From: an uncultured Clostridium sp.
GTDB lineage: Bacteria > Bacillota > Clostridia > TANB77 > CAG-508
Assembly: GCA_946545015.1 (NCBI GenBank)
Contig: CAMNMV010000001.1
Location: 26,420 to 90,419, forward strand
Direction: 5' to 3'
Length of the DNA: 64,000 nucleotides
Below the pieces are notes generated by a model, which was given only the letters and a program-made list of their open reading frames with translations, searched no databases and was not told the DNA's origin. How positions within the stretch are numbered: position 1 is the stretch's first letter; each line of letters opens with the position of its first letter. Shown piece after piece: positions 13,620-24,798 of this stretch. Both the position numbers and the translations under genes were made by a program.

Positions 13620-14555
13620 ATGAAGATTGCGTTTTTATTTCCAGGACAAGGAAGTCAAGTAATTGGAATGGGAAAAGATATTTATGAAAAATATAAAGAA
13701 GCTAAAATAATTTATGATAAAGTAAAAGAAATAACAGGTATAGATATAGCTAAAATTTCTTTTGAAGGGCCAGAAGAAGTTTTGAATAAAACTCAAAATA
13801 CACAACTTGCAGTATTAACAATGAGTTTAGCCATTATTGAAATATTAAAAAACAATAACATAAATGCTGAAATTTCAACAGGATTAAGTTTGGGAGAATA
13901 TTCAGCATTAATATACAGTAAAGCTTTGGAATTAGAAAAAGGTATTGATTTAGTTAAAAAAAGAGGAGAATATATGCAAAACTTAGCTCCTAAAGGTGAC
14001 TGGTCAATGGCAGCTATTATGGGGATGAGTGAAGAACAAATAATAGATGCTTGTAATAAAGTTAAAAACGGATTTGTAGTTCCTGCAAACTTTAATAATG
14101 TTTCACAAATAGTAATATCAGGTGAAAAATCAGGGGTTGAAGAAGCTGTACAAATATTAAAAGAAATGGGAGCAAGAAAAGCGATTGTATTAAACACAGC
14201 AGGACCATTCCATACAGAAAAATTAAAAGATAGTTCAGAGGCTTTAAGAAAAGAATTGGATAATGTTGATTTTAACAAATTTAAAACAAAAGTTGTTAAA
14301 AATATAGATGGAAAAATATATAATGATAAAGATGATATGCGAGATATTCTTGCTAGACATATTGTTAGTCCAGTTAGATTTGATAAAAGCATAGAAACAA
14401 TGTTAGAAGAAGGCGTTGATACATTTGTAGAAATAGGACCTGGAAAAACATTATCAGGATTTGTAAAAAGAACACCGACAGATAAACAAATTAATATTTA
14501 TAACATAAATAATGTAGAAACATTAGAAAATGTAATAGAAATATTGAAGAAATGA
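13620..14555 (+). CDS. fabD: Malonyl CoA-acyl carrier protein transacylase
   Basis: FLFPGQGSQ start and the GLSLGEYSAL active-site Ser motif. Confidence 0.92.
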   Translation: MKIAFLFPGQGSQVIGMGKDIYEKYKEAKIIYDKVKEITGIDIAKISFEGPEEVLNKTQNTQLAVLTMSLAIIEILKNNNINAEISTGLSLGEYSALIYSKALELEKGIDLVKKRGEYMQNLAPKGDWSMAAIMGMSEEQIIDACNKVKNGFVVPANFNNVSQIVISGEKSGVEEAVQILKEMGARKAIVLNTAGPFHTEKLKDSSEALRKELDNVDFNKFKTKVVKNIDGKIYNDKDDMRDILARHIVSPVRFDKSIETMLEEGVDTFVEIGPGKTLSGFVKRTPTDKQINIYNINNVETLENVIEILKK

Positions 14556-14622
14556 TTTTATAACACAAAGAAATTAAGATTTTTTAATTTTGAACTTTTA
14601 ATAATGAAAGGAATTTGATAAT

Positions 14623-15360
14623 ATGGAAAAGAAAGTGGCGTTAGTAACTGGTGCTACAAGAGGGATTGGCAAACAAATAGCAATAAAACTTGCAAAAGAG
14701 GGATATGATATTGCTCTAAATTATAGAAAGGAAAATGAAGATTTAGATATTACTAAAAATGAAATTGAAGAACTAGGAGTTAAATGTTTAGCGGTTCAAG
14801 GTGATGTTGCAAAATTTGAAGACACAGAAAAATTTGTTAAAGAAGTTATAGAAAATTTTGGACAAATAGATGTATTAGTTAATAATGCAGGAATAACTCG
14901 TGATGGACTTTTAATGAGAATGAGTAAAGAAGATTTTGAAACTGTTATAGATACAAATTTAGTAGGAACATTTAATGTGACTAGAAATGTAATTAGTTAT
15001 ATGAGTAAGGCTCGTAAAGGAAGAATAATAAATATATCTTCAGTTGTAGGGGTTGCTGGAAATGCTGGACAAACAAATTATTCAGCGTCTAAAGCTGGAA
15101 TAATAGGATTTACAAAAAGTTTAGCAAAAGAAATGGCAAGTAGAAATATTTTAGTAAATGCTATAGCACCAGGATTTATAGAAACCAATATGACTGATGT
15201 ATTAAAAGAAGAACAAAAACAAGCAATAAGTCAAAATATACCATTAAAAAGAATGGGAACTACTGAAGATATAGCTAATGTTGTAAAATTTTTAGCATCA
15301 GAAGATAGTTCATATATAACAGGTCAAGTTATAAATGTTGATGGTGGAATGATAATGTAA
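14623..15360 (+). CDS. fabG: 3-oxoacyl-[ACP] reductase
   Basis: SDR fold: TGATRGIGKQIA Rossmann motif, NNAG, S...YSASK catalytic tetrad. 245 aa. Confidence 0.9.
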   Translation: MEKKVALVTGATRGIGKQIAIKLAKEGYDIALNYRKENEDLDITKNEIEELGVKCLAVQGDVAKFEDTEKFVKEVIENFGQIDVLVNNAGITRDGLLMRMSKEDFETVIDTNLVGTFNVTRNVISYMSKARKGRIINISSVVGVAGNAGQTNYSASKAGIIGFTKSLAKEMASRNILVNAIAPGFIETNMTDVLKEEQKQAISQNIPLKRMGTTEDIANVVKFLASEDSSYITGQVINVDGGMIM

Positions 15361-15374
15361 GAAAGGAAATGAAA

Positions 15375-16616
15375 ATGGAAAAGAGAGTAGTAATTACAGG
15401 AATGGGAGCTATAACTCCTATAGGAAATTGTGTAGATGAATTTTGGAAAGGAATAAAAGAAGGAAAATGTGGAATTGATGAAATTACATATTTTGATACT
15501 TCAAATTTTAAAGTGAAATTAGCTGCAGAAGTAAAAGGATATAATCCTGAAGAATATTTTGATAGAAGAGAAGCTAAAAGAACTGACAAATTCACACAAT
15601 ATGCAATGGTGGCATCAAGAGAAGCGTGGAAAGACAGTGGATTAGAACAAGAAAAAGAAAATATGGAAAGAGTTGGAATTATATTAGGTTCAGGTATTGG
15701 TGGAATAGAAACAATGGAAGGAAATATAGAAAAATATGCTGAAAAAGGACCTGACAGAGTATCTCCAATGTATATACCAATGTCTGTTGTAAATATGGCC
15801 GCAGGAAATGTTGCGATTGATTTAGGAATAAAAGGTGAATCAATATGTATAGTTACAGCATGTGCAACAAGTACACATTGTATAGGAGAAGCATTTAGAA
15901 ATATAAAACATGGATATTCTGATATTATGCTAGCAGGAGGAACAGAAGCAGGGATAACGCCAACAGCAATAGCTGGATTTATGAATATGAAAGCTTTATC
16001 TCAATCTACAGATAAAATGCGAGCAAGTATTCCGTTTGATAAAGAAAGAAGCGGTTTTGTAATGGGAGAAGGTGCTGGAGTTATTATATTAGAAGAATTA
16101 GAACATGCTAAAAAAAGAGGTGCTAAAATATATGCTGAAGTAGTTGGATATGGGGCAACATCTGATGCATATCATATAACTTCACCAGCTCCTAATGGTG
16201 AAGGTGGAGCAAGAGCGATGAAATTAGCTATGGAAGAAGCTGGAGTAAAACCAGAAGAAATTACATATATTAATGCTCATGGTACATCAACACATTTAAA
16301 TGATTCTTTTGAAACAGCAGCAATAAAAACGGCTTTGGGTGATGCAAGTAAAAATGTTATGGTTAGTTCAACAAAAAGTAATACAGCCCATTGCTTAGGA
16401 GCTGCAGGAGTAATTGAAACTATAGTATGTGCAAAAGCAGTTGAAGACAGTTTTGTTCCTCCGACAATAAATTATAAAGTTAAAGATGAAGAATGTGATT
16501 TAGATGTTGTTCCAAATGATGGAAGAAATGTAGAAATAAAATATGCAATGTCAAACTCATTAGGATTCGGCGGACATAATAGTACTATTTTAATAAAAAA
16601 ATATGAAGGAGATTAA
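15375..16616 (+). CDS. fabF: 3-oxoacyl-[ACP] synthase II
   Basis: KRVVITGMG start. Active-site Cys in IVTACATS. HGTST and NSLGFGGHN motifs. Start placed at the second ATG (15375) because the RBS AAAGGA sits 7 nt upstream of it; the ORF-track start 15369 is only 1 nt from the RBS. Confidence 0.9.
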   Translation: MEKRVVITGMGAITPIGNCVDEFWKGIKEGKCGIDEITYFDTSNFKVKLAAEVKGYNPEEYFDRREAKRTDKFTQYAMVASREAWKDSGLEQEKENMERVGIILGSGIGGIETMEGNIEKYAEKGPDRVSPMYIPMSVVNMAAGNVAIDLGIKGESICIVTACATSTHCIGEAFRNIKHGYSDIMLAGGTEAGITPTAIAGFMNMKALSQSTDKMRASIPFDKERSGFVMGEGAGVIILEELEHAKKRGAKIYAEVVGYGATSDAYHITSPAPNGEGGARAMKLAMEEAGVKPEEITYINAHGTSTHLNDSFETAAIKTALGDASKNVMVSSTKSNTAHCLGAAGVIETIVCAKAVEDSFVPPTINYKVKDEECDLDVVPNDGRNVEIKYAMSNSLGFGGHNSTILIKKYEGD

Positions 16617-16621
16617 TTAAA

Positions 16622-17089
16622 ATGGATTATAAACAAATTAAAAAATTAATGGATGATATGGGAGAATCAAAATTAGACTCTTTAGAAATTGAATTTCCAG
16701 ATGGAATAAAAATTAGTATGACAAAAAATTCTAGAAAAGACGTTCAAGTAAAAGCAGAAGAAAACGCGGTAATAGCAGGAAGTGCTCCAATTAGTGTTCC
16801 TGTTGTACAAAAAGAAACTACTAATAGTTTAGTAGTTACAGAACCAACTGAAAATTTTAAAGTTGTAAAATCACCAATGGTAGGAACATTTTATGCTAGT
16901 TCTGCACCTGATAAAGATCCATTTGTAAAAGTTGGAGATAAAGTAAAAAAAGGTCAAGTGTTATGCATAGTAGAAGCAATGAAATTAATGAATGAAATTG
17001 AATCAGAATTTGATGGAGAAATTGTTGAAATATGTGTAGAAAATGAAGAAGTGGTAGAATATGGAAAACCATTATTTAAAATAAAATAA
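16622..17089 (+). CDS. accB: Acetyl-CoA carboxylase biotin carboxyl carrier protein
   Basis: Biotinyl-lysine motif EAMKLMNEIE. 155 aa. Confidence 0.9.
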   Translation: MDYKQIKKLMDDMGESKLDSLEIEFPDGIKISMTKNSRKDVQVKAEENAVIAGSAPISVPVVQKETTNSLVVTEPTENFKVVKSPMVGTFYASSAPDKDPFVKVGDKVKKGQVLCIVEAMKLMNEIESEFDGEIVEICVENEEVVEYGKPLFKIK

Positions 17090-17155
17090 TAATAAGATGT
17101 AATTAAGATTTAAGTAATATTAAAACAAAAAATATTAATAAAGAAGGAAATAAAA

Positions 17156-17578
17156 ATGTTAAATAAAGAAGAAATAAAAAATATAATTCCACAAAGAGAT
17201 CCATTTCTTATGATTGATGAGGTTGAAGAATTTATACCAGGTCAGAGCTGTATAGCATATAAAAATGTAAGTGAAGATGAATATTATTTTAAAGGACATT
17301 TTCCTGGGAATCCAATTATGCCTGGTGTTTTAATGGTAGAAGCTCTTGCCCAAACAGGAGCAGTTGCAATTCTTTCTTTAGAAGAAAATAAAGGAAGAAA
17401 TGCACTATTTGGTGGAATTGATAAATTGAAATTTAAAAAACAAGTTGTACCAGGTGATAGATTAAAATTAGAAGTTAAGATAATTAAGAAAAAAGGACCA
17501 ATTGGAGTAGGAGAAGCAATAGCAACTGTAGATGGAAAAATTGCTGTTAAAGGTGAACTTACTTTTGCAGTTGTTTAA
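17156..17578 (+). CDS. fabZ: 3-hydroxyacyl-[ACP] dehydratase
   Basis: Hot-dog fold motifs [19 protein letters not shown]. 140 aa. Confidence 0.9.
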   Translation: MLNKEEIKNIIPQRDPFLMIDEVEEFIPGQSCIAYKNVSEDEYYFKGHFPGNPIMPGVLMVEALAQTGAVAILSLEENKGRNALFGGIDKLKFKKQVVPGDRLKLEVKIIKKKGPIGVGEAIATVDGKIAVKGELTFAVV

Positions 17579-17604
17579 TAAAATGAAATTTTACTGAAAG
17601 GAAT

Positions 17605-18963
17605 GTGATTAATTTGAATAAGATATTAATTGCAAATCGTGGGGAGATTGCAGTTAGAATAATTAGAGCATGTAAAGAAATGAATATAAAAACAGTAGCA
17701 ATTTATTCAGAAGCAGATAAAGATGCTTTACATACTCGTTTGGCAGATGAATCAATATGCATTGGACCTGCAAATTCAAAACAAAGTTATTTGAATATAA
17801 AAAACATAATTGAGGCTGCATATTTAACAAAAGCTGATAGTATTCATCCAGGATTTGGTTTCTTATCTGAAAATGCTCAATTTGCAAAGATATGTGAAGA
17901 AACAAATTTAAAATTTATAGGACCAAAATCAAATGTAATTAATTTATTAGGAAATAAATCTAATAGTAAGGAACTTATGAAAAAAGTAGGTGTTCCAGTA
18001 ATTCCAGGATCAGAAGGCTCTGTAAATAATATAGAAGATGCAATAATTGTATGTAAACAAATAGGTTATCCAATATTATTAAAAGCTGCAAGTGGTGGTG
18101 GAGGAAAGGGTATAAGAATAGTAAATTCTCCAGATGAACTTGCTCAGAATTTTAATATAGTAAAACAAGAAGCAAAAAATGCTTTTAATGATGATGAAAT
18201 TTATATAGAAAAATTTATAAAAGAGCCTAGACATGTTGAAATACAAATATTAGCTGATGAATATGGAAATGTTGTACATCTAGGAGAAAGAGATTGTACA
18301 ATACAAAGAAATCATCAAAAAATTATAGAGGAAACTCCTTCAACAATTATAGATGAAAATTTAAGAAAAAAAATGGGTGATGCCGCAATAAAAGCTGCAA
18401 AAGCAGCCGGTTATACAAGCTGTGGTACAGTTGAATTTTTAGTAGATAGTGATAAGAATTTCTATTTTATGGAAATGAATACAAGAATTCAAGTAGAACA
18501 TCCAATAACTGAGATGGTAACAGGAATGGATCTTGTTAAAGAACAAATAAGAATAGCAGCAGGAGAAGAATTAAAAATCAGTCAAAAAGATATAAGTTTT
18601 AAAGGCCATTCAATAGAATGTAGAATAAATGCAGAAAATCCAAGCAAGAATTTTATGCCTTCACCTGGAAAAATAAATGAATTAAATTTACCAGGAGGAA
18701 ATGGAATAAGAGTAGATACAGCAATTTATAGTGGATATGTAATCCCTCCAAATTATGATTCTATGATTGCTAAAATTATAGTTCATGGAGTAAATAGAAA
18801 TGAAGCAATAAGTAAAATGAAAAGAGCATTAGAAGAACTTGTAATTGATGGAATAGAAACTAATAGAGATTTTCTATTTGATATTATAAGAAATCCTAAT
18901 TTTATAAGAGGAAATTTTGATACTTCTTTCATAGAAAAGGAAATTTTAAAAGGGGATAAGTAA
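17605..18963 (+). CDS. accC: Acetyl-CoA carboxylase biotin carboxylase subunit
   Basis: [17 protein letters not shown] start, ATP-grasp motifs, [13 protein letters not shown] start as listed; an alternative TTG start at 17614 is possible. Confidence 0.9.
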   Translation: MINLNKILIANRGEIAVRIIRACKEMNIKTVAIYSEADKDALHTRLADESICIGPANSKQSYLNIKNIIEAAYLTKADSIHPGFGFLSENAQFAKICEETNLKFIGPKSNVINLLGNKSNSKELMKKVGVPVIPGSEGSVNNIEDAIIVCKQIGYPILLKAASGGGGKGIRIVNSPDELAQNFNIVKQEAKNAFNDDEIYIEKFIKEPRHVEIQILADEYGNVVHLGERDCTIQRNHQKIIEETPSTIIDENLRKKMGDAAIKAAKAAGYTSCGTVEFLVDSDKNFYFMEMNTRIQVEHPITEMVTGMDLVKEQIRIAAGEELKISQKDISFKGHSIECRINAENPSKNFMPSPGKINELNLPGGNGIRVDTAIYSGYVIPPNYDSMIAKIIVHGVNRNEAISKMKRALEELVIDGIETNRDFLFDIIRNPNFIRGNFDTSFIEKEILKGDK

Positions 18964-18964
18964 A

Positions 18965-19813
18965 ATGATTGTTGACAAAATTAAGAAAAGAGAACATGGT
19001 ATTAAAAATAAAGAGTCAAGAATAGATATTCCAATTGGTAAATGGTTAAAATGTGATAAATGTAAAGAGATTGTTTATAAAGATGATGTGAGAAGTAATC
19101 TAAATACTTGTCCGAATTGCGGAAATTATTTTAGAATGCATATTGGAAAAAGAATTGAATTGATTATAGATGAAGGAACATATAAAAGATTTGACTTAAA
19201 TATAGATACAACCAATCCTTTAAATATAGAAGAATATCCTAAAAAAATAACAGCATTAAGGGACAAAACTGGATTAGAAGAAGCAGTAGCATGTGGCACA
19301 GGAAAAATAAAAGGTGAAGATGTTGTTATATGTATAATGGATAGTGGCTTTTTAATGGGAAGCATGGGAGCTGTTGTTGGAGAAAAAATAACTTATGCTA
19401 TAGAAGAAGCAATAAAATTAAAATTACCACTTATTATTTTTACAGTATCAGGTGGAGCTAGAATGCAAGAAGGAATAATATCTTTAATGCAAATGGCAAA
19501 AACTACAGCAGCACTTACAAAATTAGATGAAGCAGGTTTACTATATATATCAGTTTTAACTGATCCTACTTATGGAGGCGTTACTGCATCATTTGCAAGT
19601 TTAGGAGATATTATTTTAGCTGAGCCTAAAGCAATGATTGGGTTTGCAGGACCAAGAGTAATTGAACAAACTATTGGAGAGAGTTTACCTGAAGGTTTTC
19701 AAACTGCAGAATTTTTGTTGGAACATGGCTTTATAGATAAAATAGTAGAGAGAAAAGATATGAAGGAAACTTTATATAAATTAATACAATATCATAAAGG
19801 AGGCGAGGCTTAA
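18965..19813 (+). CDS. accD: Acetyl-CoA carboxylase carboxyltransferase beta subunit
   Basis: N-terminal zinc ribbon CDKCKE...CPNCG followed by the carboxyltransferase domain ([11 protein letters not shown]). Confidence 0.9.
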   Translation: MIVDKIKKREHGIKNKESRIDIPIGKWLKCDKCKEIVYKDDVRSNLNTCPNCGNYFRMHIGKRIELIIDEGTYKRFDLNIDTTNPLNIEEYPKKITALRDKTGLEEAVACGTGKIKGEDVVICIMDSGFLMGSMGAVVGEKITYAIEEAIKLKLPLIIFTVSGGARMQEGIISLMQMAKTTAALTKLDEAGLLYISVLTDPTYGGVTASFASLGDIILAEPKAMIGFAGPRVIEQTIGESLPEGFQTAEFLLEHGFIDKIVERKDMKETLYKLIQYHKGGEA

Positions 19814-20628
19814 TGGGTAAAGAAATCTCAGCATGGGAAAGAGTTGAAATTGCAAGAAATCCCAAAAGAAAAACCTCTTTGGATTATATAAATTCTATAT
19901 TTGATGATTTTATAGAATTACATGGAGATAGATGTTTTAAAGATGATAAAGCAATAGTATGTGGATTAGGAAAAATTGGAAAACAAAATTATACAATAAT
20001 TGCAGAACAAAAAGGTAGAACAACAAAGGAAAACATAGAAAGAAATTTTGGAATGCCAAATCCTGAAAGTTATAGAAAAGCAATAAGATTTATGAAACAA
20101 GCTGAAAAGTTTAATAGACCTGTTGTAACTTTTATAGATACAAAAGGAGCTTATCCAGGAATAGGGGCAGAAGAAAGAGGACAAGGTGAAGCAATTGCTA
20201 AATCTATGTTTGAAATGGCCAAATTAAAAGTACCAGTTATTTCAATTATAATTGGAGAAGGGTCATCAGGTGGAGCATTAGCAATAGGAGTTGCAAATAA
20301 AGTATTTATGTTAGAAAATGCTGTATATTCAATTCTTTCTCCAGAAGGTTATAGCTCAATACTTTGGAAAGATTCAAGTAGGTTCAAAGAAGCAGCAGAA
20401 AAAATGAAATTAACAGCAAAAGATTTATTAGAGTTTAAAGTAATAGATAAAATTATAAAAGAACCAATAGAAATGAATGAAGAAGATTTTCAAAAAGTAT
20501 CAGAAAACATTAAGAAAGAAATAAAAAAGGAAACTTCTAGAATTCTCAAATTATCTAAAGAGGATATTGTAGAAGAAAGATATGAAAAATTTAGAAATAT
20601 TAAGGAAATTAAAAATTATGATTTATAA
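19813..20628 (+). CDS. accA: Acetyl-CoA carboxylase carboxyltransferase alpha subunit
   Basis: RNFGMPNPESYRKA and IIGEGSSGGALAIGV motifs. Start overlaps the accD stop. Confidence 0.9.
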   Translation: MGKEISAWERVEIARNPKRKTSLDYINSIFDDFIELHGDRCFKDDKAIVCGLGKIGKQNYTIIAEQKGRTTKENIERNFGMPNPESYRKAIRFMKQAEKFNRPVVTFIDTKGAYPGIGAEERGQGEAIAKSMFEMAKLKVPVISIIIGEGSSGGALAIGVANKVFMLENAVYSILSPEGYSSILWKDSSRFKEAAEKMKLTAKDLLEFKVIDKIIKEPIEMNEEDFQKVSENIKKEIKKETSRILKLSKEDIVEERYEKFRNIKEIKNYDL

Positions 20629-20657
20629 TATCATATCAAAAAGAAAGGAATTTAATT

Positions 20658-21428
20658 ATGTTATTAGAAAATAAAAAAGTAGTTATTATGGGAATTAGAA
20701 ATAAATGGAGTATTGCATGGGGAGCTGCAAGATCTGCAGCTGATAATGGTGCAGAAGTTATTTTTACACATCATCCAATGGAAAATTTAGAAAAATTGGA
20801 AAAATTAATTGCAGAAATACCAGGTTCAAAAACATATCCATGTGATGCAGCTTCTGATGAAAGTATAAAAGAATGTTTTGAACAAATTAAAAAAGATTAT
20901 GGAAAAGTTGATGGTATTTTACATGCAATAGCTCATGCTAATACTGAAGATTTAAGAAATGATTTTATATTAACATCAAGAGACGGATATAGCCATGCGG
21001 TAGATGTAAGTAGTTATTCGTTAGTTGCAACAGCAAGAATTGCAAGAGAATTAGATGTTTTAAATGAAGGTGCAAGTATAGTGACTTATACATACTTTGG
21101 ATCAGAAAAAGTTGTAGAAGCTTACAATGTAATGGGAGTTGCAAAAGCAGCATTAGAAGCAAGTGTTAGATATTTAGCAAAAGATTTAGGAAAAGATGGA
21201 TATAGAATAAATGCTATATCAGCTGGACCAATAAAAACATTATCAGCAAAGGGAATTAAAGACTTTGGAGGAATATTAGATATAGTTGAACAAAGAGCAC
21301 CACTTCATAAAAATGTAACAACAACAGAAGTTGGAGATACAACAACATTTTTATTTAGTAATATGTCATCAGCAATAACTGGTGAAGTTATTCATTGTGA
21401 TAATGGATTCTCAATTATTGGTGTTTAG
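20658..21428 (+). CDS. fabI: Enoyl-[ACP] reductase (NADH), FabI type
   Basis: Collinear with E. coli FabI by eye: GIRNKWSIAWG, SSYSLVA, YNVMGVAKAALEASVRYLA, NAISAGPIKTL and HCDNGFSI motifs. Confidence 0.88.
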   Translation: MLLENKKVVIMGIRNKWSIAWGAARSAADNGAEVIFTHHPMENLEKLEKLIAEIPGSKTYPCDAASDESIKECFEQIKKDYGKVDGILHAIAHANTEDLRNDFILTSRDGYSHAVDVSSYSLVATARIARELDVLNEGASIVTYTYFGSEKVVEAYNVMGVAKAALEASVRYLAKDLGKDGYRINAISAGPIKTLSAKGIKDFGGILDIVEQRAPLHKNVTTTEVGDTTTFLFSNMSSAITGEVIHCDNGFSIIGV

Positions 21429-21446
21429 AAAATAAAAATATAAAGG

Positions 21447-21486
21447 AAAAATGAAGATTAATTTTATATTAATCTTCATTTTTTGA
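21447..21486. terminator. Bidirectional intrinsic terminator between fabI (+) and asd (-)
   Basis: AAAATGAAGATTAAT-TTTATA-TTAATCTTCATTTT hairpin with T-tracts on both strands. The right arm overlaps the last codons of asd. Confidence 0.7.
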
Positions 21487-22464
21487 GTTTAGTAAAACTT
21501 CTAAAATTTGAATTGCATTAGTTGCAGCTCCTTTTCTTAGGTTATCTGCAACAACCCACATATTTATTCCATTTTTAACACTATAATCTCTTCTTATTCT
21601 GCCAACAAAAACTTCATTGTATCCATTTGCTTTTCTTGCTAATGGATATATATTATTTTCAATATCATCTGCTAAAATAATTCCTTCTGAATTTTGAAGT
21701 ATTTGTTTTATTTCATATACATCTATTTCATTTTCAAATTCAACATTTATAGCTTCACTGTGACAATTTGTGACAGGAACTCTAACGGTAGTTGCTGTAA
21801 TAGGTAGGCTTGAATTATCCAAAATTTTTCTTGTTTCATTAATCATTTTATGTTCTTCTTTCGTGTATCCATCATCTAAAAATACATCGATTTGAGGTAC
21901 ACAATTATCATAAAATAATCCATTTTCTTTTTGTTCTAAATCTTCTAATCCTTTTTTTCCAGCTCCAGATACAGCTTGATAAGTAGAATATACAATCCTT
22001 TTAATTTTATATTTATCATATAAGATTTTTAATGGTACAACAGCTTGAATCGTAGAACAGTTTGGATTAGCGATAATTCCATTATTTTCAAATATTTTTT
22101 CTTTATTTACTTCTGGAACTACAAGTGGTATACTTTTATCCATTCTAAAAGCACTACTATTATCAATTACAGTGCAACCGCGTGAAACAGCAATAGGAGC
22201 ATATTTTAAAGCAGTTTTTGCCCCTGCAGAAAATATTGCAAAATCAAATTTATTATCAAAAGAGTTTTCTTCAAGTTTACAAATTATGTAATTTTTTCCT
22301 AAAAATTCAATTTTTTTACCTTCTGATTTTTCAGAAGCAAAGAGAGTATATTCTACATTTTTAAAATTTTTTTCTTCTAGTACTTTTAAGATTGTTCTTC
22401 CCACAAGTCCAGTTGCTCCCACAATTGCAATTTTTATTTTGTTAGTATTAATATTATTAATCAT
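21469..22464 (-). CDS. asd: Aspartate-semialdehyde dehydrogenase
   Basis: IAIVGATGLVGR Rossmann start. Active-site region NPNCSTI. 331 aa. Confidence 0.9.
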   Translation of the reverse strand: MINNINTNKIKIAIVGATGLVGRTILKVLEEKNFKNVEYTLFASEKSEGKKIEFLGKNYIICKLEENSFDNKFDFAIFSAGAKTALKYAPIAVSRGCTVIDNSSAFRMDKSIPLVVPEVNKEKIFENNGIIANPNCSTIQAVVPLKILYDKYKIKRIVYSTYQAVSGAGKKGLEDLEQKENGLFYDNCVPQIDVFLDDGYTKEEHKMINETRKILDNSSLPITATTVRVPVTNCHSEAINVEFENEIDVYEIKQILQNSEGIILADDIENNIYPLARKANGYNEVFVGRIRRDYSVKNGINMWVVADNLRKGAATNAIQILEVLLNSKNED

Positions 22465-22605
22465 ATAAACATCTTCCTTTCAAGATAATGTATGCTAGTA
22501 AGGAAAAATATGTAACCAAAAAGAATTGAAAAATACTTGTAAAAATAGAATACTTGGTGTAAAATACATAAAGTAAAAAGATATAATTGGGAGGAATAGA
22601 TATAA

Positions 22606-23658
22606 ATGAGATTTGTGACAGATGAAGAATCGAAAAAACAATATAAAAAATTTTTAGAAGGACATGAAAGATGTAATTTCCAACAATCATTAGAATGGGC
22701 TAAAGTAAAGGATAATTGGACAAATGAAGTAATACTTGCAGAAGATGAAAATGGAAAAATAATTGGATCAATGAGTGTATTAATTAGAAAGATTCCAATT
22801 TTTGGAAATATTATGTATTCATCAAGAGGACCTGTATGTGATATACATGATTTAAATGTAATGAGACAATTAACTGATGGAGCAAAAGAATTAGCTAAAA
22901 AATATAAAGCAATAGTTTTAAGAATTGAGCCAGATATTGAGAGTAATGATCAAGTATATAGAGATTTAGTTACAAATTTAGGTTATAAGATAAAAGATAA
23001 TGCTAAAGATTTTAAAGATGAAATACAACCAAGATATGTATTTAGATTAGATATAAAAGATAAAACAGAAGAAGAAATAATGGCTGGATTCCATCAAAAA
23101 TGGAGATATAATATAAGGCTTGCAACAAAAAAAGGTGTTACTGTTAAAGATGGAACAAGAGAAGATTTAAAGGATTTCCATAAAATAATGGTTGAAACAG
23201 GTGCAAGAGATGGATTTATAATAAGACCATTAGAATATTTTGAAAAAATGTATGATGAATTAGCACCAGAACATATGAAAGTTCTTATGGCATATTATGA
23301 TGGACAACCTATTTCAGGAGTTATACCAATTTTCTATGGTAATAAAACATGGTATTTATATGGAGCAAGTAGTAATCAACATAGAAATTTAATGCCAAAT
23401 TATCTATTACAATGGGAAATGATTAAAATGGCAATTGCAAGACATGATGATGTATATGATTTTAGAGGAGTTTCAGGAGTAGTTGATGAAAATCATCCAC
23501 AATATGGATTATACAGATTTAAAAAAGGTTTTGGAGCAACTTTTACAGAATTTATTGGAGAAGTTTATATGCCATATAAACCTATAACATTTAGATTATA
23601 TAGATTTTCAGAAAAAATGTTTAGAACATTAAGACAATTTAAAAGAAAATTAAAATAA
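22606..23658 (+). CDS. FemAB-family peptidoglycan interpeptide bridge aminoacyltransferase (FemX-like)
   Basis: FemAB-fold N-terminus FQQSLEWAKVKDNW...GSMSVLIRK and C-terminal half. 350 aa. Confidence 0.75.
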   Translation: MRFVTDEESKKQYKKFLEGHERCNFQQSLEWAKVKDNWTNEVILAEDENGKIIGSMSVLIRKIPIFGNIMYSSRGPVCDIHDLNVMRQLTDGAKELAKKYKAIVLRIEPDIESNDQVYRDLVTNLGYKIKDNAKDFKDEIQPRYVFRLDIKDKTEEEIMAGFHQKWRYNIRLATKKGVTVKDGTREDLKDFHKIMVETGARDGFIIRPLEYFEKMYDELAPEHMKVLMAYYDGQPISGVIPIFYGNKTWYLYGASSNQHRNLMPNYLLQWEMIKMAIARHDDVYDFRGVSGVVDENHPQYGLYRFKKGFGATFTEFIGEVYMPYKPITFRLYRFSEKMFRTLRQFKRKLK

Positions 23659-23676
23659 TATAAAAGGGTGAAAAGT

Positions 23677-24798
23677 TTGAAATCATTAGTTATAGAAAGA
23701 AAAGATTTAATTCATAATATAGAAAGAATAAAAAAATATTCTCAAAAGAATTTACCTGATGATAGTGGAAATAGAGTAAAAATAATAGCTGTTGTAAAAG
23801 CCAATGCATATGGTATGGGAATAATTCCATTTACTAAAATTTTAATTGACAATGGAATAGACTTTTTTGCAGTTTCTACAGTAGAAGAAGCACTTCAACT
23901 AAGAGAAGCTGGAATAAAAGAAGAAATACTTATGTTATCTTCTACAGCTATAAAAAAAGATGTGGAAACATTAGTTGAAAATGATGTAATTATAACAATT
24001 GGATCTAAAGAAGCTGCTGAAGTTGCAGAAGAGATAGGAAAAAGATTAAATAAGAAAATAAGAGCTCATTTGAAAATTGATACAGGTTTTGGAAGATATG
24101 GATTTGTTTATAATAAAAGAGAAGAAATGATAGAAACATTAAAATCATTAAATAATGTACAAATAGAAGGAACATTCACTCATTTTTCAATAGCGTTTTA
24201 TAAAAAAGATAATTATACAAAATTACAATTTAATAGATTTATGGATTGCATCGAAGTATTAAAAATGAATGAAATTAAACCAGGAATGCTACATGTTTGT
24301 AATTCTTCAGCTTTCATAAAATTTCCTAATATGCATTTAAATGCAGTAAGAGTCGGTTCTGCTTTTGTTGGTAGAATGTCAATACCAAATACAATAGGCT
24401 TAAAGAGATTAGGAAAATTAAAAGCGAATGTAGCAGAAATAAAAGTTTTGCCAAAAGGATTTAATGTAGGGTATTCAAATATTTATAAAACAAAAAAAGA
24501 AACTAAAGTTGCAATTATTCCTGTAGGATATATGAATGGTATAAAAATGGAAACATCAAGAGATATGTTTAGACCTATCGATAAACTTAGATATATTGTA
24601 AGAGATATTAAAGATGCATTTAAAGATAAGAATTACTATGTTACTATAAATGAAAAAAGATGTAGAGTACTAGGGAGAATAGGAACATATCATTTAACAG
24701 TAGATATAACTGGAAAAAATGTTAATATAAATGATGAAGTATTTTTTGATATAAATCCCCAATATGTAGATAGTAGTTTGAGGAGGGAGTTTAAATAA
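23677..24798 (+). CDS. alr: Alanine racemase
   Basis: PLP-lysine motif [11 protein letters not shown]. About 370 aa, soluble, so not a VanT-type membrane racemase. Start moved from the listed GTG (23668) to the TTG at 23677, which has better RBS spacing (AAAGGGTG, 6 nt). Confidence 0.8.
   Translation: MKSLVIERKDLIHNIERIKKYSQKNLPDDSGNRVKIIAVVKANAYGMGIIPFTKILIDNGIDFFAVSTVEEALQLREAGIKEEILMLSSTAIKKDVETLVENDVIITIGSKEAAEVAEEIGKRLNKKIRAHLKIDTGFGRYGFVYNKREEMIETLKSLNNVQIEGTFTHFSIAFYKKDNYTKLQFNRFMDCIEVLKMNEIKPGMLHVCNSSAFIKFPNMHLNAVRVGSAFVGRMSIPNTIGLKRLGKLKANVAEIKVLPKGFNVGYSNIYKTKKETKVAIIPVGYMNGIKMETSRDMFRPIDKLRYIVRDIKDAFKDKNYYVTINEKRCRVLGRIGTYHLTVDITGKNVNINDEVFFDINPQYVDSSLRREFK

Noticed and set aside
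22465-22605. Possible lysine (L-box) riboswitch or T-box upstream of asd
   Set aside because: The leader is about 140 nt and AT-rich with no conserved L-box or T-box elements. It is too short and unstructured.
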